A stretch of DNA of 64,000 bases from an uncultured Eubacteriales bacterium (GCA_949288185.1 CASEIZ010000069.1:15244-79243), one strand, 5' to 3'. Positions 26,053 through 36,111 are shown, counted from the stretch's first letter. Translations and numbers: made by a program. The notes: a model not told the origin generated them from the letters alone.

Positions 26053-28545
26053 TTATAAATCAATTTTTAATATAATTTTTCTCATAATAGCTATATCCTG
26101 TAAACTGATTCTATCATTGTTATCCATATCTGCTGCTTCTAAATATTCACCTTGTAGACTTTCTACTTGTAAATAATGTTTTCTAAGCATAGACATATCT
26201 GCAATTGTTATATCACTATCACCGTTTAAATCTCCTGTGACAATTAACATATATTCTGTATTTGTATCTGTTATCAATTTATCTCCTGTTCCAATTCTGT
26301 CTGTATTCTCCAATTCCTCTCCTTCTGTATTTACTATGGTATATCCTACTTCAGTTGAAATATTATTTTTAAATGTATTTACATCTGTATTAGGAGATAT
26401 TTTGTTAATCGTTGTTGTTGTAACTTCATACACAGACGAAGTGATTGTATCATCTGGTTCTTCTGTAATAGTAGTTACTTCAAATACTTCTATTTTAGCA
26501 TTTCCTGCTTCATCTTCAACATATACAGTATAATTTCCATTTTCTATAACATTAATAACTGCTATTGCAGAATTTTCTTCTTTTTGAAGAGTTAATTCTT
26601 GTCCACTATTTTCAAAATAGTCTATCGTTTGTTCTCCTTGTGCTGCTTTTACCATGTTAATACTTGTAAGGTTATCTAAAAGAGTTATTGATACTTCAAC
26701 ATTTTCATTGTCTGTATTTTCTTGATTAATTGTTATTTCAGGTGTTGTCTTATCAATAATAAATTTTACCACTACTTCATTTCCTGCTTCATCTACTGCA
26801 TTTAAAACATATGCACCTTCAAGCTCAATCGTATCTCCATTTTGATAATCTTCTACATCTGCTCCATCTCTTGTTAAATAGATTTCTGCCAAATGTTCAT
26901 CCGTAATCGTTGGTGTAACAGAATGATTATAGATACCATTATCTTCAATATCATTTACTTGTGGTGGTGTTGTATCTTCTTCTGTTGGTGGTACTTCATC
27001 TATATTGGTAATTTCTATTGTTTTTACTGTTTCATTACCGTTTTCATCTCTTGCATATACAGTATAAGTTCCAATGTCATTAATTGCAAATTCTGTAGTA
27101 ATTGATATACCTACCTTATCTTGTCCAATTCGCGTTCCATTTGTTGCGAAATATTCTATATTTTGTTCTCCTTTTGCCCATTTTACTTCATCAATGTTAG
27201 ACTTGTCACCTAGAACTCTTACATCAATTTGTTTTGGATTTTCTGTATTTTGCGTTAATGTAATCGTTGGTAGATTATTTGGTTCTGGCTCTGGATCATC
27301 AATACCTATCAGATTTCTTGTATACATATAGGTATATCCTTGTTCATCTCTAATATGTACATTAATTGTACAATTTTCTTGAACCGTATACGTTCCAACA
27401 ACTTCTCTTCCTGGTTCTATTGAAATAAGTTCTCCATTATTTTCGAAATAGTCCATATCAATATCATCACCAATTGCTACTTTCATTTCAACAATATTGC
27501 ATATGGTATTTGTTGCTGTTATGGTTAAATTTCCAGGAGAATTTTCATCTTGTTCAATTGTTATATGCATCGTATTTTCTTCTGTTGTAATTCTTCTTTG
27601 TGTCATAACTTTATATCCTGCTTCATCTTCTATATAAAACACATATGTATCATCTTCTGGTGCTGTATAACTTACATTTACAGTTTGTCCTTCTGTAATT
27701 GGTAAACCTTCTATGTTTTCAAAGTCTTCAAAATCTGTTACTTCTGAACTTCTAGCTACTTTTACAGATACAATATTACAAATAGCATCTGTTATGCTTA
27801 AGTTAACTTCTCTTGCATTTGTTCCATTTGTAATGTCTACTGAAATTGGCGTGTTTTGATTTGCTACATAGATTTGGTTTGTTACTCTATTTCCTGCACT
27901 ATCTTCTGCATAAACGACATACAATCCTTCTTCTGTAATTCCTGTATATCTTACAGATACATGATTACTTTCTATAAATTCTATATCTGTTCCTTGGATA
28001 CTAAAATCAATATTGTCATTTATATGTTCTTTTTTAGCAATCTTCAATTTTGTTATTGTATTTTTATTGCTTGTTACATCAATATTTAAAATCAAAGGAT
28101 TTTCTTCTTCTTTTGCTAATGTAATTTGTGGCATGTCGTTTGGATCATTGACTGTTAATCTTGCTAAAAATGCATATCCTTTTTCATTTTTAGCATACAC
28201 TGTATAACTTCCATAACCATCTAGTTCAAATGTTTCTTCAATGGTTTGTGCTGGTGTTATATTAAAAGTATAGATATCATCATGTTCTTCTTCGAAATAT
28301 GACGCATTATCTGTATCTATATATTGATGTACATATTTTAAATCTGTAATGTTACCATCTGTACTGGTTGCCGTTATATGAACAGTATTTCCATCTCTTT
28401 CCAATGCTACATTAAGTGGATAGTCTTCTTCTGTATTTAATACTGCTCCACTATCTGCCGCTCTTGAAATACTTGGTAAACTAATCGGTAATATCATCAT
28501 GATTATAATTAGAAATGCTATAATGCTTTTTATTGTTTTCTTCAT
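26053..28545 (-). CDS. Secreted multi-Ig-like-repeat protein with a C-terminal type I dockerin
   Basis: Signal peptide. At least six ~90-aa repeats share Y(T/V)VYAxDxAGN. The C-terminus has a duplicated Ca-binding dockerin segment (DLNGDSDITIADMSMLRKHYL … DMDNNDRISLQDIAIMRKIIL). Confidence 0.8.
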   Translation of the reverse strand: MKKTIKSIIAFLIIIMMILPISLPSISRAADSGAVLNTEEDYPLNVALERDGNTVHITATSTDGNITDLKYVHQYIDTDNASYFEEEHDDIYTFNITPAQTIEETFELDGYGSYTVYAKNEKGYAFLARLTVNDPNDMPQITLAKEEENPLILNIDVTSNKNTITKLKIAKKEHINDNIDFSIQGTDIEFIESNHVSVRYTGITEEGLYVVYAEDSAGNRVTNQIYVANQNTPISVDITNGTNAREVNLSITDAICNIVSVKVARSSEVTDFEDFENIEGLPITEGQTVNVSYTAPEDDTYVFYIEDEAGYKVMTQRRITTEENTMHITIEQDENSPGNLTITATNTICNIVEMKVAIGDDIDMDYFENNGELISIEPGREVVGTYTVQENCTINVHIRDEQGYTYMYTRNLIGIDDPEPEPNNLPTITLTQNTENPKQIDVRVLGDKSNIDEVKWAKGEQNIEYFATNGTRIGQDKVGISITTEFAINDIGTYTVYARDENGNETVKTIEITNIDEVPPTEEDTTPPQVNDIEDNGIYNHSVTPTITDEHLAEIYLTRDGADVEDYQNGDTIELEGAYVLNAVDEAGNEVVVKFIIDKTTPEITINQENTDNENVEVSITLLDNLTSINMVKAAQGEQTIDYFENSGQELTLQKEENSAIAVINVIENGNYTVYVEDEAGNAKIEVFEVTTITEEPDDTITSSVYEVTTTTINKISPNTDVNTFKNNISTEVGYTIVNTEGEELENTDRIGTGDKLITDTNTEYMLIVTGDLNGDSDITIADMSMLRKHYLQVESLQGEYLEAADMDNNDRISLQDIAIMRKIILKIDL

Positions 28546-28707
28546 TTTTGCTTCCTCCTTTGTTATATCTAAAATATAAATTAAATATCATTATTTCTAT
28601 ATAATACATCAAAATTATTATATCATTGTGAAAATATTTTAGCAATGGTAATTTATATTTCTTTTTATAAATTGTCATGCGATAAGAAAACTACTTGATG
28701 TATTATG

Positions 28708-28890
28708 AAAAGAGCTATTATATAAATATTTTTTTAAATTCGAATGTGACCGAAATAGTTTTATAAATTCTTAAAATAAAACTGTAAAGGGTCCTGTTTC
28801 CGGGTATTGTTACAGTTTTATTTTTAGAATTTGTTAAACGTAATGTAGGGTAACCGAGAATTAAAAAAATATTTATATAATAGCTCTTTT
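28708..28890. repeat. Large nested palindrome (MITE-like element B, ~183 bp)
   Basis: Perfect ~33-bp terminal inverted repeat AAAAGAGCTATTATATAAATATTTTTTTAAATTC. Inner perfect inverted repeat AAAATAAAACTGTAA/TTACAGTTTTATTTT around a GGGTCCTGTTTCCGGG core. Confidence 0.75.
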
Positions 28891-28913
28891 CAATGAATCA
28901 TCACTAAGATTAA

Positions 28914-29834
28914 CTATTCTCCTTTAATATCAGCTTCCACCTCTTCATTATTTTTATTATTTATATCATGTACTTTTAAATAATATGGCTGTATGTCAAG
29001 AAAGCTATCCATGTAAACAATATTTCCATTTTTATCTTTTACTTTTAGATTTGGGAATGTTCTTATCATCTTTTTATCTCCCCAAAATTGGTAAATAAAT
29101 TTTGATAATTTTTCATTTCCATAGATTTTATCATATTGTTCTATGACTGCTTCTTTATTAGCAACGTCAATATCATTTTGAACAATCATTCTAACTAAGA
29201 AAAATTCAATTGCAAAAGCAGTAGATATACAATCTATCATAAGTAAGATAAATACTGTCATTACAAATGTTTTTAATGCTTTATAGGTTTTAAATTTGCT
29301 TTTTACCCAATCAATGATTTTATCTACTTTTGGATTTAGAGAAGCTATTAAATAGATTCCCAAAAATCCCCAGAAAACAGAAAAGTATACACAAATTCTT
29401 CCATTAATATTTAGTGGCATATTAGAGTAATCCCACCATTTTACACCTAATAGCATTTCTCCTACAAAACTTACTACATATTCTACAATAGAACCAACAA
29501 TAAATCCCCCTATAAAAAGTGCATTAAATTTTCTAGGAAATTTGTGTAAGCAAATAATCATGACAACAGCACCCAAACCATAAATTCCGCAAAATGGTCC
29601 ATATAAAAAGCTTTGTCTACTTTCCCATACACCTTTTGTTATCATACCATATATGGTTTCTATGATATATCCCAATACACTATAAATAATAAAATATGCT
29701 AAAATTCTCCAAATACTAATTCCATTAATCGTTAATTTCTTCTTTTTCTTTATATTTGTATTTTCTTGTGTTTCATCATGTGTTTCTTCTATTGGTATAT
29801 TTTTTTCTTCGTTTTTTATTTCTTCTTTTTTCAT
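28914..29834 (-). CDS. CmpB/DUF1113-like (putative ABC-transporter type IV) membrane protein, paralogue 1
   Basis: Core WRILAYFIIYSVLGYIIETIYG…SRQSFLYGPFCGIYGLG…WWDYSN is shared with the 33491 and 34587 ORFs. Acidic N-terminal and C-terminal extensions. Confidence 0.6.
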   Translation of the reverse strand: MKKEEIKNEEKNIPIEETHDETQENTNIKKKKKLTINGISIWRILAYFIIYSVLGYIIETIYGMITKGVWESRQSFLYGPFCGIYGLGAVVMIICLHKFPRKFNALFIGGFIVGSIVEYVVSFVGEMLLGVKWWDYSNMPLNINGRICVYFSVFWGFLGIYLIASLNPKVDKIIDWVKSKFKTYKALKTFVMTVFILLMIDCISTAFAIEFFLVRMIVQNDIDVANKEAVIEQYDKIYGNEKLSKFIYQFWGDKKMIRTFPNLKVKDKNGNIVYMDSFLDIQPYYLKVHDINNKNNEEVEADIKGE

Positions 29835-29852
29835 ATATTGCCAAAATCCTTT

Positions 29853-31628
29853 CTATAGTAAACTTTTTAATTCTTCAATTTTGTTTTTATAAAATTGAAC
29901 AATCACTTCATAAGTGTGTATATCTTCTAAATCAACATCTACCATTTTTAAAAGGTCTATTGACTTTTTGGTACAACCTTGACTTAGCATATGAATATAT
30001 TTTTCTACATATCCTTCTTCTTTATTCAAAATTTTTGTTGCAATACAAATGGCTGCTGAAATTCCTGTCGCATATTTATACACATAAAAATCTCTATAAA
30101 AATGGGGAATTCTAGCCCATCCATATTTGCTATTCTCTCCCAAAATAACAGATTCCCCCATATATTTTTGATTTAATGTATAATAAATGGTATTCAAATC
30201 TTCAGAAGACATCATATTTCCATTTTCTATTTTTTCATGAACTTCTTTCTCAAATTCAGCCAACATAGACTGTGCATAGAATGTTCCTCTTATTAATTCT
30301 AGTAATTCATATAAAATTTCTGCTTTTTTCTTTTTATCTGTTTCATGTTCAAGTTGATATTCTGTTAGTAAAATTTCGTTTATAGTTGATACTACTTCAC
30401 CTATCATAATCGTATAATCTGCATCAAAAATATTTTGATTTTTGTTTGAATAATATGAATGCATACTATGTCCTAATTCATGAGCAATGGTTCTGACATC
30501 ATATTCATCACCAACATAGTTCATCAAAATAAATGGATGTAGAGCATGGATTCCCATGCTATATCCACCAGTTCTTTTGTTTGGTTTTTCATAAACATCT
30601 ATCCATCGATTTTCAAATGCATAATCTAACATTGCTCCATATTCTTTTCCTAATATAGCTAATGCCTCTTTTACAATCTTTTGAGCTTCTTCATATGGTG
30701 TTTTATCCCCACTTTTTGTAAATGGATTTACAAATATATCATACATATGCATATCTTCTAGTTGTAATAACTTCTTTTTTAATGCCATATATTCGTGATT
30801 TACAACCAGGCCCTTATGAACACCTTCCATTAATGTATCATATACTTTTATACTTGCTTCATCATTATCAGTTGCCTCATCTAATGAAGATTTGTATTTT
30901 CTTAATTTAGCCGTAATGGCTGTTTGTTTTACATTTACTAAATACATTTCTGTAATGGTATTAATAAACTCACTGTATTTCTTGAACATTAAATCATATG
31001 CTTGTTTTCTTACATTTTGATTCTTACTTCTTACATAAACAGAATATGTAGCATCTGTTAATTCTACTTCTTTACCTTCTTCATCAATCAATGTTCCAAA
31101 CTTAAATTCTGCATTTGTTAACATATCATATATATTTTTAGGTGCATAAAAAATTTCTGAATAATTTGCCAATAAGTTTTCTTCTTCTTTACTTAATATG
31201 TGTTTTTTCTTCTCTACAGTATCTTGAATATCCCTTTTATATGGTTCTAATCTTGTGTCTTCTTTTAAATACTTGTCAATGATATTTTCATCTGTAAATG
31301 TAATTTCTGGTGTTATATATGCAGTTTCTGTGCTAAATTCTGAACTTAAATTTTCTACTTCTTTAAATAACTTGATTCCTTCTTGGTCTGCCATATTTAA
31401 ATGATAATTTAGCATTCCATAAGCATATACCTGTTCAAATTTCATTAATGTTTTTTCATATAACTGATAACATTGATATAGATTTTCTGAACTATCACAC
31501 AATATGTCTTTATAAGTTTCTATTCGTTTTAAGTTACCTTGAACATTTTTCATTTCTTCATAAAATTCTTCTTTATTTTTAAATAAGTCTGTTAAATCCC
31601 AACTGTATTTATCTTGCACTTTTTTCAT
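29853..31628 (-). CDS. pepF: Oligoendopeptidase F (M3B family)
   Basis: HEXXH zinc motif HELGHSMHSYYS and the overall M3B architecture. Length 591 aa. Confidence 0.9.
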   Translation of the reverse strand: MKKVQDKYSWDLTDLFKNKEEFYEEMKNVQGNLKRIETYKDILCDSSENLYQCYQLYEKTLMKFEQVYAYGMLNYHLNMADQEGIKLFKEVENLSSEFSTETAYITPEITFTDENIIDKYLKEDTRLEPYKRDIQDTVEKKKHILSKEEENLLANYSEIFYAPKNIYDMLTNAEFKFGTLIDEEGKEVELTDATYSVYVRSKNQNVRKQAYDLMFKKYSEFINTITEMYLVNVKQTAITAKLRKYKSSLDEATDNDEASIKVYDTLMEGVHKGLVVNHEYMALKKKLLQLEDMHMYDIFVNPFTKSGDKTPYEEAQKIVKEALAILGKEYGAMLDYAFENRWIDVYEKPNKRTGGYSMGIHALHPFILMNYVGDEYDVRTIAHELGHSMHSYYSNKNQNIFDADYTIMIGEVVSTINEILLTEYQLEHETDKKKKAEILYELLELIRGTFYAQSMLAEFEKEVHEKIENGNMMSSEDLNTIYYTLNQKYMGESVILGENSKYGWARIPHFYRDFYVYKYATGISAAICIATKILNKEEGYVEKYIHMLSQGCTKKSIDLLKMVDVDLEDIHTYEVIVQFYKNKIEELKSLL

Positions 31629-31829
31629 GTTATTTCCTCCTTCTTTCCTATTCTACCATACATGAATTTTATATACAACAAAAAAAGAAACATGATTAAA
31701 ATTCTTTGACTTTTTGGTTAATTCTATGCCACTTTTATTTTCTGTACAATAAAAAACACCTTTATTAGTATATAATTTTCTATAATCGATTATACAAATA
31801 AAAGTGTTTTCATGATATAAGATATACTG

Positions 31830-32135
31830 TTAATAAACTGGAATTTTTATTTCCATTCCTTCAGACAAATTGCTAGTTGTCATATGATTAATTTCTTTTA
31901 ATTCTAATATAACATTTTGTATATCCTCATTTTGAAAATATGCATTTTCTTGTATTTCTTTTTCTGCAATTTCCCATAATGTTTCTCCTTTTACAACATA
32001 TTCTGTTTTGTATTTTGTTTCACTATTAGAATATGTCTTATGATTTATAATACACGTAATCATTCCTAAGATACATAGTAAAATTGTAATTGACCTTATA
32101 AATTTATATTTATTGATAATTCTTATATGTTTCAT
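31830..32135 (-). CDS. LysM-domain membrane protein (YneA-like)
   Basis: N-terminal TM (ITILLCILGMITCII) and a C-terminal LysM-like segment (VVKGETLWEIAEKE…GMEIKIPVY). Length 101 aa. Confidence 0.55.
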   Translation of the reverse strand: MKHIRIINKYKFIRSITILLCILGMITCIINHKTYSNSETKYKTEYVVKGETLWEIAEKEIQENAYFQNEDIQNVILELKEINHMTTSNLSEGMEIKIPVY

Positions 32136-32233
32136 AGTAGTCCTCCTTCAAGAATATATGTTCGGTATATTTGTATTATATACGAACAAATATTCTTTGT
32201 CAATACCTATTGCAAAAAAATGTTTGTTTTTTC

Positions 32234-32812
32234 TTAAATTAATATTGGGCTGATTTGTTCTCCTTCTAAGGCATATTCTATCGTTTTTATGATGTATTCT
32301 GCATCAAATACAATTGATCTTGGCTTTGTGATTGGATTATCTTGTCTGAATGGTACAAAGTAATAATTCTTTCTGTTTAACAATTTTCCTATGTTTTCAG
32401 CATTACCACTTAATCCATTATTGGTAGATGGTGCTATGACTAGTGGTCGATTATTTCTTAAATGTGATTTTGCTGCCATAGTTGCAGGTGTATCTATAAT
32501 ATCACAGGCTAGTTTTGACATTGTATTTCCGGAACATGGTGCAATAATCATAACATCTGTCATTTTTTTAGGTCCAATTGGTTCTGCATCTATAATTGTA
32601 TGGATAATTTCCTTTCCTGTCATTTCTTCTATTTCATTAATAAAATCTTCTGCTTTTCCGAACTTTGTATCTAAATTATAACTGTTAAAAGACATGATGG
32701 GTACAATTTCTGCTTCTTTTTTTATTAATTCTTTCATTTTAGGTAATACTTTTTGAAATGTACAAAATGAACCTGTTAACACAAATCCTATCTTTTTTCC
32801 TTTTACTTCCAA
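32234..32812 (-). CDS. dpaB: Dipicolinate synthase subunit B (flavoprotein)
   Basis: Colinear with SpoVFB: KKIGFVLTGSFCTF…IIAPCSGNTMSKLA…MAAKSHLRNNRPLVIAPSTN…FVPFRQDNP. Length 192 aa. Confidence 0.85.
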   Translation of the reverse strand: MEVKGKKIGFVLTGSFCTFQKVLPKMKELIKKEAEIVPIMSFNSYNLDTKFGKAEDFINEIEEMTGKEIIHTIIDAEPIGPKKMTDVMIIAPCSGNTMSKLACDIIDTPATMAAKSHLRNNRPLVIAPSTNNGLSGNAENIGKLLNRKNYYFVPFRQDNPITKPRSIVFDAEYIIKTIEYALEGEQISPILI

Positions 32813-32907
32813 ATAAATTCCTCCTTTCGCATAGTCTTATATATAATATGATTTTATGTAAATAATAGTTGATATTTCTTCATGTCAAAATAAAATAATC
32901 TTAAAAA

Positions 32908-32939
32908 GCAGACACCACCTATATCTGGTGGTGTCTGCT
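32908..32939 (-). terminator. Terminator overlapping the 3' end of the Spo0A_C-domain gene
   Basis: Perfect GC-rich 13-bp stem AGCAGACACCACC/GGTGGTGTCTGCT followed by a T-run on the minus strand. The stem encodes the last codons (…SRHHQI*). Confidence 0.65.
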
Positions 32940-33395
32940 CATTGACAGATATTCCGCTAAACTCACTATAAAATTTGAGTTTGAAGGTTTTCGCATATTA
33001 AACGGAAAAAGTTTTTTACGTATTTCTAAATTGTCTTTTTGAAAAATAATTTGTATTTGGTACTGTATTGCATGGTCTATATTATGGGGGTTTGTTCCAA
33101 ATTCTTCGGCTATTTTGGGATATAACCGTGTAGTTACGCCTCCATTTAAAAATGAAGGATCCTTCAAGCAGATAAGAACTGCCCTTATAATATATTGATA
33201 ACCCTTACTTTTCTTTGAAGCTCCCAATTGGCTTAAAATACTTTCCAATTCTTTTTCAATAGTTTCGTTTTGCTCATATCTTCCTTCTAGAATCATCTCT
33301 TTTTCTTTCTCTTCCTTTTCCAATTTAGAAATCAATTCTGTTACTTTTGAAGATATTTCCTTGAGTTCCCGTAAAATTTCTTTCTTTTCTGTCAT
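32919..33395 (-). CDS. Spo0A C-terminal (DNA-binding) domain-containing protein with an N-terminal coiled coil
   Basis: C-terminal GYQYIIRAVLICLKDPSFLNGGVTTRLYPKIAEEFGTNPHNIDHAIQYQIQ matches the Spo0A_C effector fold. No receiver domain. Length 158 aa. Confidence 0.65.
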   Translation of the reverse strand: MTEKKEILRELKEISSKVTELISKLEKEEKEKEMILEGRYEQNETIEKELESILSQLGASKKSKGYQYIIRAVLICLKDPSFLNGGVTTRLYPKIAEEFGTNPHNIDHAIQYQIQIIFQKDNLEIRKKLFPFNMRKPSNSNFIVSLAEYLSMSRHHQI

Positions 33396-33490
33396 TTCTT
33401 ATACTCCTCATCTTTTATTTCTAGGAATTTTCCTGGATGTTCTATATTATATATCTTAATTTACATAATGTCAAATTCGCAAAATCTTAT

Positions 33491-34144
33491 TTATCGCTTC
33501 ACCTCTATTTTATTCTCATATATTACATCCATCACGTCATCAGAATAATATTTATCAAAAAATACATCTATATTGCTTGTTGCCGCAATCTCTCGATTTC
33601 TTTCATCTTGTCTAATTGCTGCCATTGAAGATACAGATATATTAAATAACATAAATATTGCAAATAAAGCAGTTATAGTTCTAAAATATTGATTTTTTAT
33701 AATATTGTCAATACGATTAATTAATGGCATAACATATTTCATAAATAATACTCCCCCTATTCCCCAATATGTGCAATGTAACAAACTTGTCCTTCCATTT
33801 ATATTAAACCATAAATTTGAATAATCCCATGATATGGTTCCAAATAGAAGCTCTTGAAAATAAGAACATAGATATTCTACAACTCCTCCTAATATCATTA
33901 TTACAAAAAAGATTTTTAGATATCCTCCTTTTATTTTGGGAACAATAAAATAATAAGCTAATATTCCTAATCCATATACTTGTGCAAATGGTCCAAATAG
34001 CAATCCTTGTCTTGATACAAAATGACCATTTTGTACGAATCCTACAATCATTTCTACGATATATCCAATAATACTTCCTATAATAAATACCCAAAATATT
34101 TTGATAAATTGATTTACCCATTTTTCTTTCTTCATTTGCTCCAC
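33491..34144 (-). CDS. CmpB/DUF1113-like membrane protein, paralogue 2
   Basis: IFWVFIIGSIIGYIVEMIVG…SRQGLLFGPFAQVYGLG…WDYSN. Confidence 0.6.
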   Translation of the reverse strand: MEQMKKEKWVNQFIKIFWVFIIGSIIGYIVEMIVGFVQNGHFVSRQGLLFGPFAQVYGLGILAYYFIVPKIKGGYLKIFFVIMILGGVVEYLCSYFQELLFGTISWDYSNLWFNINGRTSLLHCTYWGIGGVLFMKYVMPLINRIDNIIKNQYFRTITALFAIFMLFNISVSSMAAIRQDERNREIAATSNIDVFFDKYYSDDVMDVIYENKIEVKR

Positions 34145-34299
34145 CCCTTATATTATTATTTTATAAGATCTCGTGATTTACTCAAATTGCTTTACCTTAC
34201 ATTTCTATTACATTTTTGTAATTTTACTATATCATGTAAATCTTAATAATATTTTTAGGGATTCTTAAATTTACTTGAATACTTTCTTAAGAAATATTA

Positions 34300-34585
34300 A
34301 TGTCCTTTTGGGGACGTTTCTGTTTGGGACATTTTTATATAAAACTAATTAAAAAAAGCAAATGTATTAAATTTTATGCAATTACGAATGCAAATGAAAG
34401 AATATTAAAAATTCTTAAATTATCAAGTAGGAGAATCTCAAACTTGTTTTGAGAGGTGCCTGCTTGATAGTTTTAGAATTTATTTATTCTGTAATGCATG
34501 CCGAGTAATAAATAAAATTTAATACATTTGCTTTGAATTTTTTTAGTTTAAAATGTCCCAAACAGAAACGTCCCCAAAAGGACAT
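34300..34585. repeat. MITE-like element C: 286 bp bounded by perfect 35-bp terminal inverted repeats
   Basis: Terminal inverted repeat ATGTCCTTTTGGGGACGTTTCTGTTTGGGACATTT. Second inner inverted repeat GCAAATGTATTAAATTTTAT. Central hairpin ATCAAGTAGG-AGAATCTCAAACTTGTTTTGAGAGGTG-CCTGCTTGAT. It abuts the stop of the 34587 gene. Confidence 0.8.
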
Positions 34586-34586
34586 A

Positions 34587-35138
34587 TCAATTTAAATATT
34601 TTAAAACTGAAAAAATAGTATCTGCTATTAATATGCCAATCAATATAAAACAAACAAATTTCTGAATATGATTGGTATCTCCTTTCGTTATCTTTTGTAT
34701 TTTATCTTGTATGTATGGGTGTAATTTTTCTAATAATATCAACCCAATAACACCCCAAAATATAGAATATAATAAACTAACTCTTCCTTGAATGTTTAAG
34801 AAATCATTTGAATAATCCCACCATCTTAATCCAAATAGCATTTCTAATATAAAAGAAACCATATATTCAAATAAAGTAAATGCGATTGTTGCAATTAAAA
34901 ATTTTAGAAAAGGTTTTTTGTACAATTTTTTTGTTGCCATTAATAATAAGACTGCTCCAAAACCATATATTGGACAAATTGGTCCAAACAAAAATCCTCT
35001 CTTTACAAAATAACCATGTACAAACATCGCATAAATAGTCTCAATTATCCATCCTAAGAATGAATATATGAAAAAGTAGGTTATATATTCAATTATTTTA
35101 TCTTTTGTTGTTTTACCTAAGACTATTTCCTTTTCCAT
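34587..35138 (-). CDS. CmpB/DUF1113-like membrane protein, paralogue 3
   Basis: YITYFFIYSFLGWIIETIYAMFVHGYFVKRGFLFGPICPIYGFG…RWWDYSN. Confidence 0.6.
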   Translation of the reverse strand: MEKEIVLGKTTKDKIIEYITYFFIYSFLGWIIETIYAMFVHGYFVKRGFLFGPICPIYGFGAVLLLMATKKLYKKPFLKFLIATIAFTLFEYMVSFILEMLFGLRWWDYSNDFLNIQGRVSLLYSIFWGVIGLILLEKLHPYIQDKIQKITKGDTNHIQKFVCFILIGILIADTIFSVLKYLN

Positions 35139-35160
35139 AAACTTCCCTCTTATTTCCTTT

Positions 35161-35892
35161 CTATTTTATATCTTCTTGTATTGATTTTAATGCTTCTTCC
35201 GTGGTCTTACTTTTATCAAACTTATTTACAATAAATACAACTATACCAACTAATAAAAATGTAATCGCATATATGACTAAACTTGATTTCCAGTCCCCCT
35301 TCATTAATGTGTTCCCCGCAAATGTTGATGAAACAACTGAAGGTAATCTCGCAAATGTAGATATTAATATAAATCTCAACGGCTTTACTGGTAATAGCCC
35401 TGCAATATACACTAATAAATCTTTAGGCGTTCCTGGTACCATAAATAATATAATCATGATCCATTCAACTTTCTTTGGATTCTTAAATATTTTACTATTT
35501 TCAATTTTCTTTACTTTTTCTTCATCACAAAAATCATATACAAATTTTTTTCCTAATTTCCTTACTAAGAAAAAGATGCCTGTTGTAATGATTGCTACAG
35601 ATATGGTAATAAACAGTAATCCACCCCATCCACCATAACACATACCTGCTAATATTTCTATTGGTTCTCCTGGCAATATAAATAAAAATACTTGTGCTAG
35701 TTGAAGACCAAATAACATTAATAATCCAATAAATCCTGAATCATTGACTTTATTTTTAAAAGCCTCTTGCCCCTCTACCGTACTTAAGTTTTTCATAACT
35801 GGTATTAAATAGGCTAATACACCTATAATAATTGCTATTGCAATAATTGCCAGTATAATCCTAAATATTTTTATCTTCGTTTTTCTACTCAT
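35161..35892 (-). CDS. DedA/TVP38/TMEM64 family membrane protein
   Basis: SNARE-associated (DedA) core FLFILPGEPIEILAGMCYGGWGG…VRKLGKKFV. Length 243 aa. Confidence 0.8.
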   Translation of the reverse strand: MSRKTKIKIFRIILAIIAIAIIIGVLAYLIPVMKNLSTVEGQEAFKNKVNDSGFIGLLMLFGLQLAQVFLFILPGEPIEILAGMCYGGWGGLLFITISVAIITTGIFFLVRKLGKKFVYDFCDEEKVKKIENSKIFKNPKKVEWIMIILFMVPGTPKDLLVYIAGLLPVKPLRFILISTFARLPSVVSSTFAGNTLMKGDWKSSLVIYAITFLLVGIVVFIVNKFDKSKTTEEALKSIQEDIK

Positions 35893-36111
35893 TTTTATCC
35901 TTTCTGTTTATGTTAAAATAAACCATAACATATATATTATACCACATTTTTCCTAAAATGTATGCATTTTGCTATATTTTTGTCTTACATTTTTGTCACT
36001 TTTAGTATATCAGGTATTTATTAAGTATTTTTTTACGAAATATTAAATTTTTCTTAAGATATTATAAAAGATAAAGCACTTTCCCACTTTATCTTTTTTC
36101 TCTATATTTCA

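Noticed and set aside
34300-34452. 50-aa ORF (MSFWGRFCLGHFYIKLIKK…) starting exactly at the left terminal repeat of element C
   Set aside because: The palindrome generates a mirror ORF on the other strand with the same first 12 residues. There is no ribosome-binding site. It is most likely a by-product of the inverted-repeat sequence.
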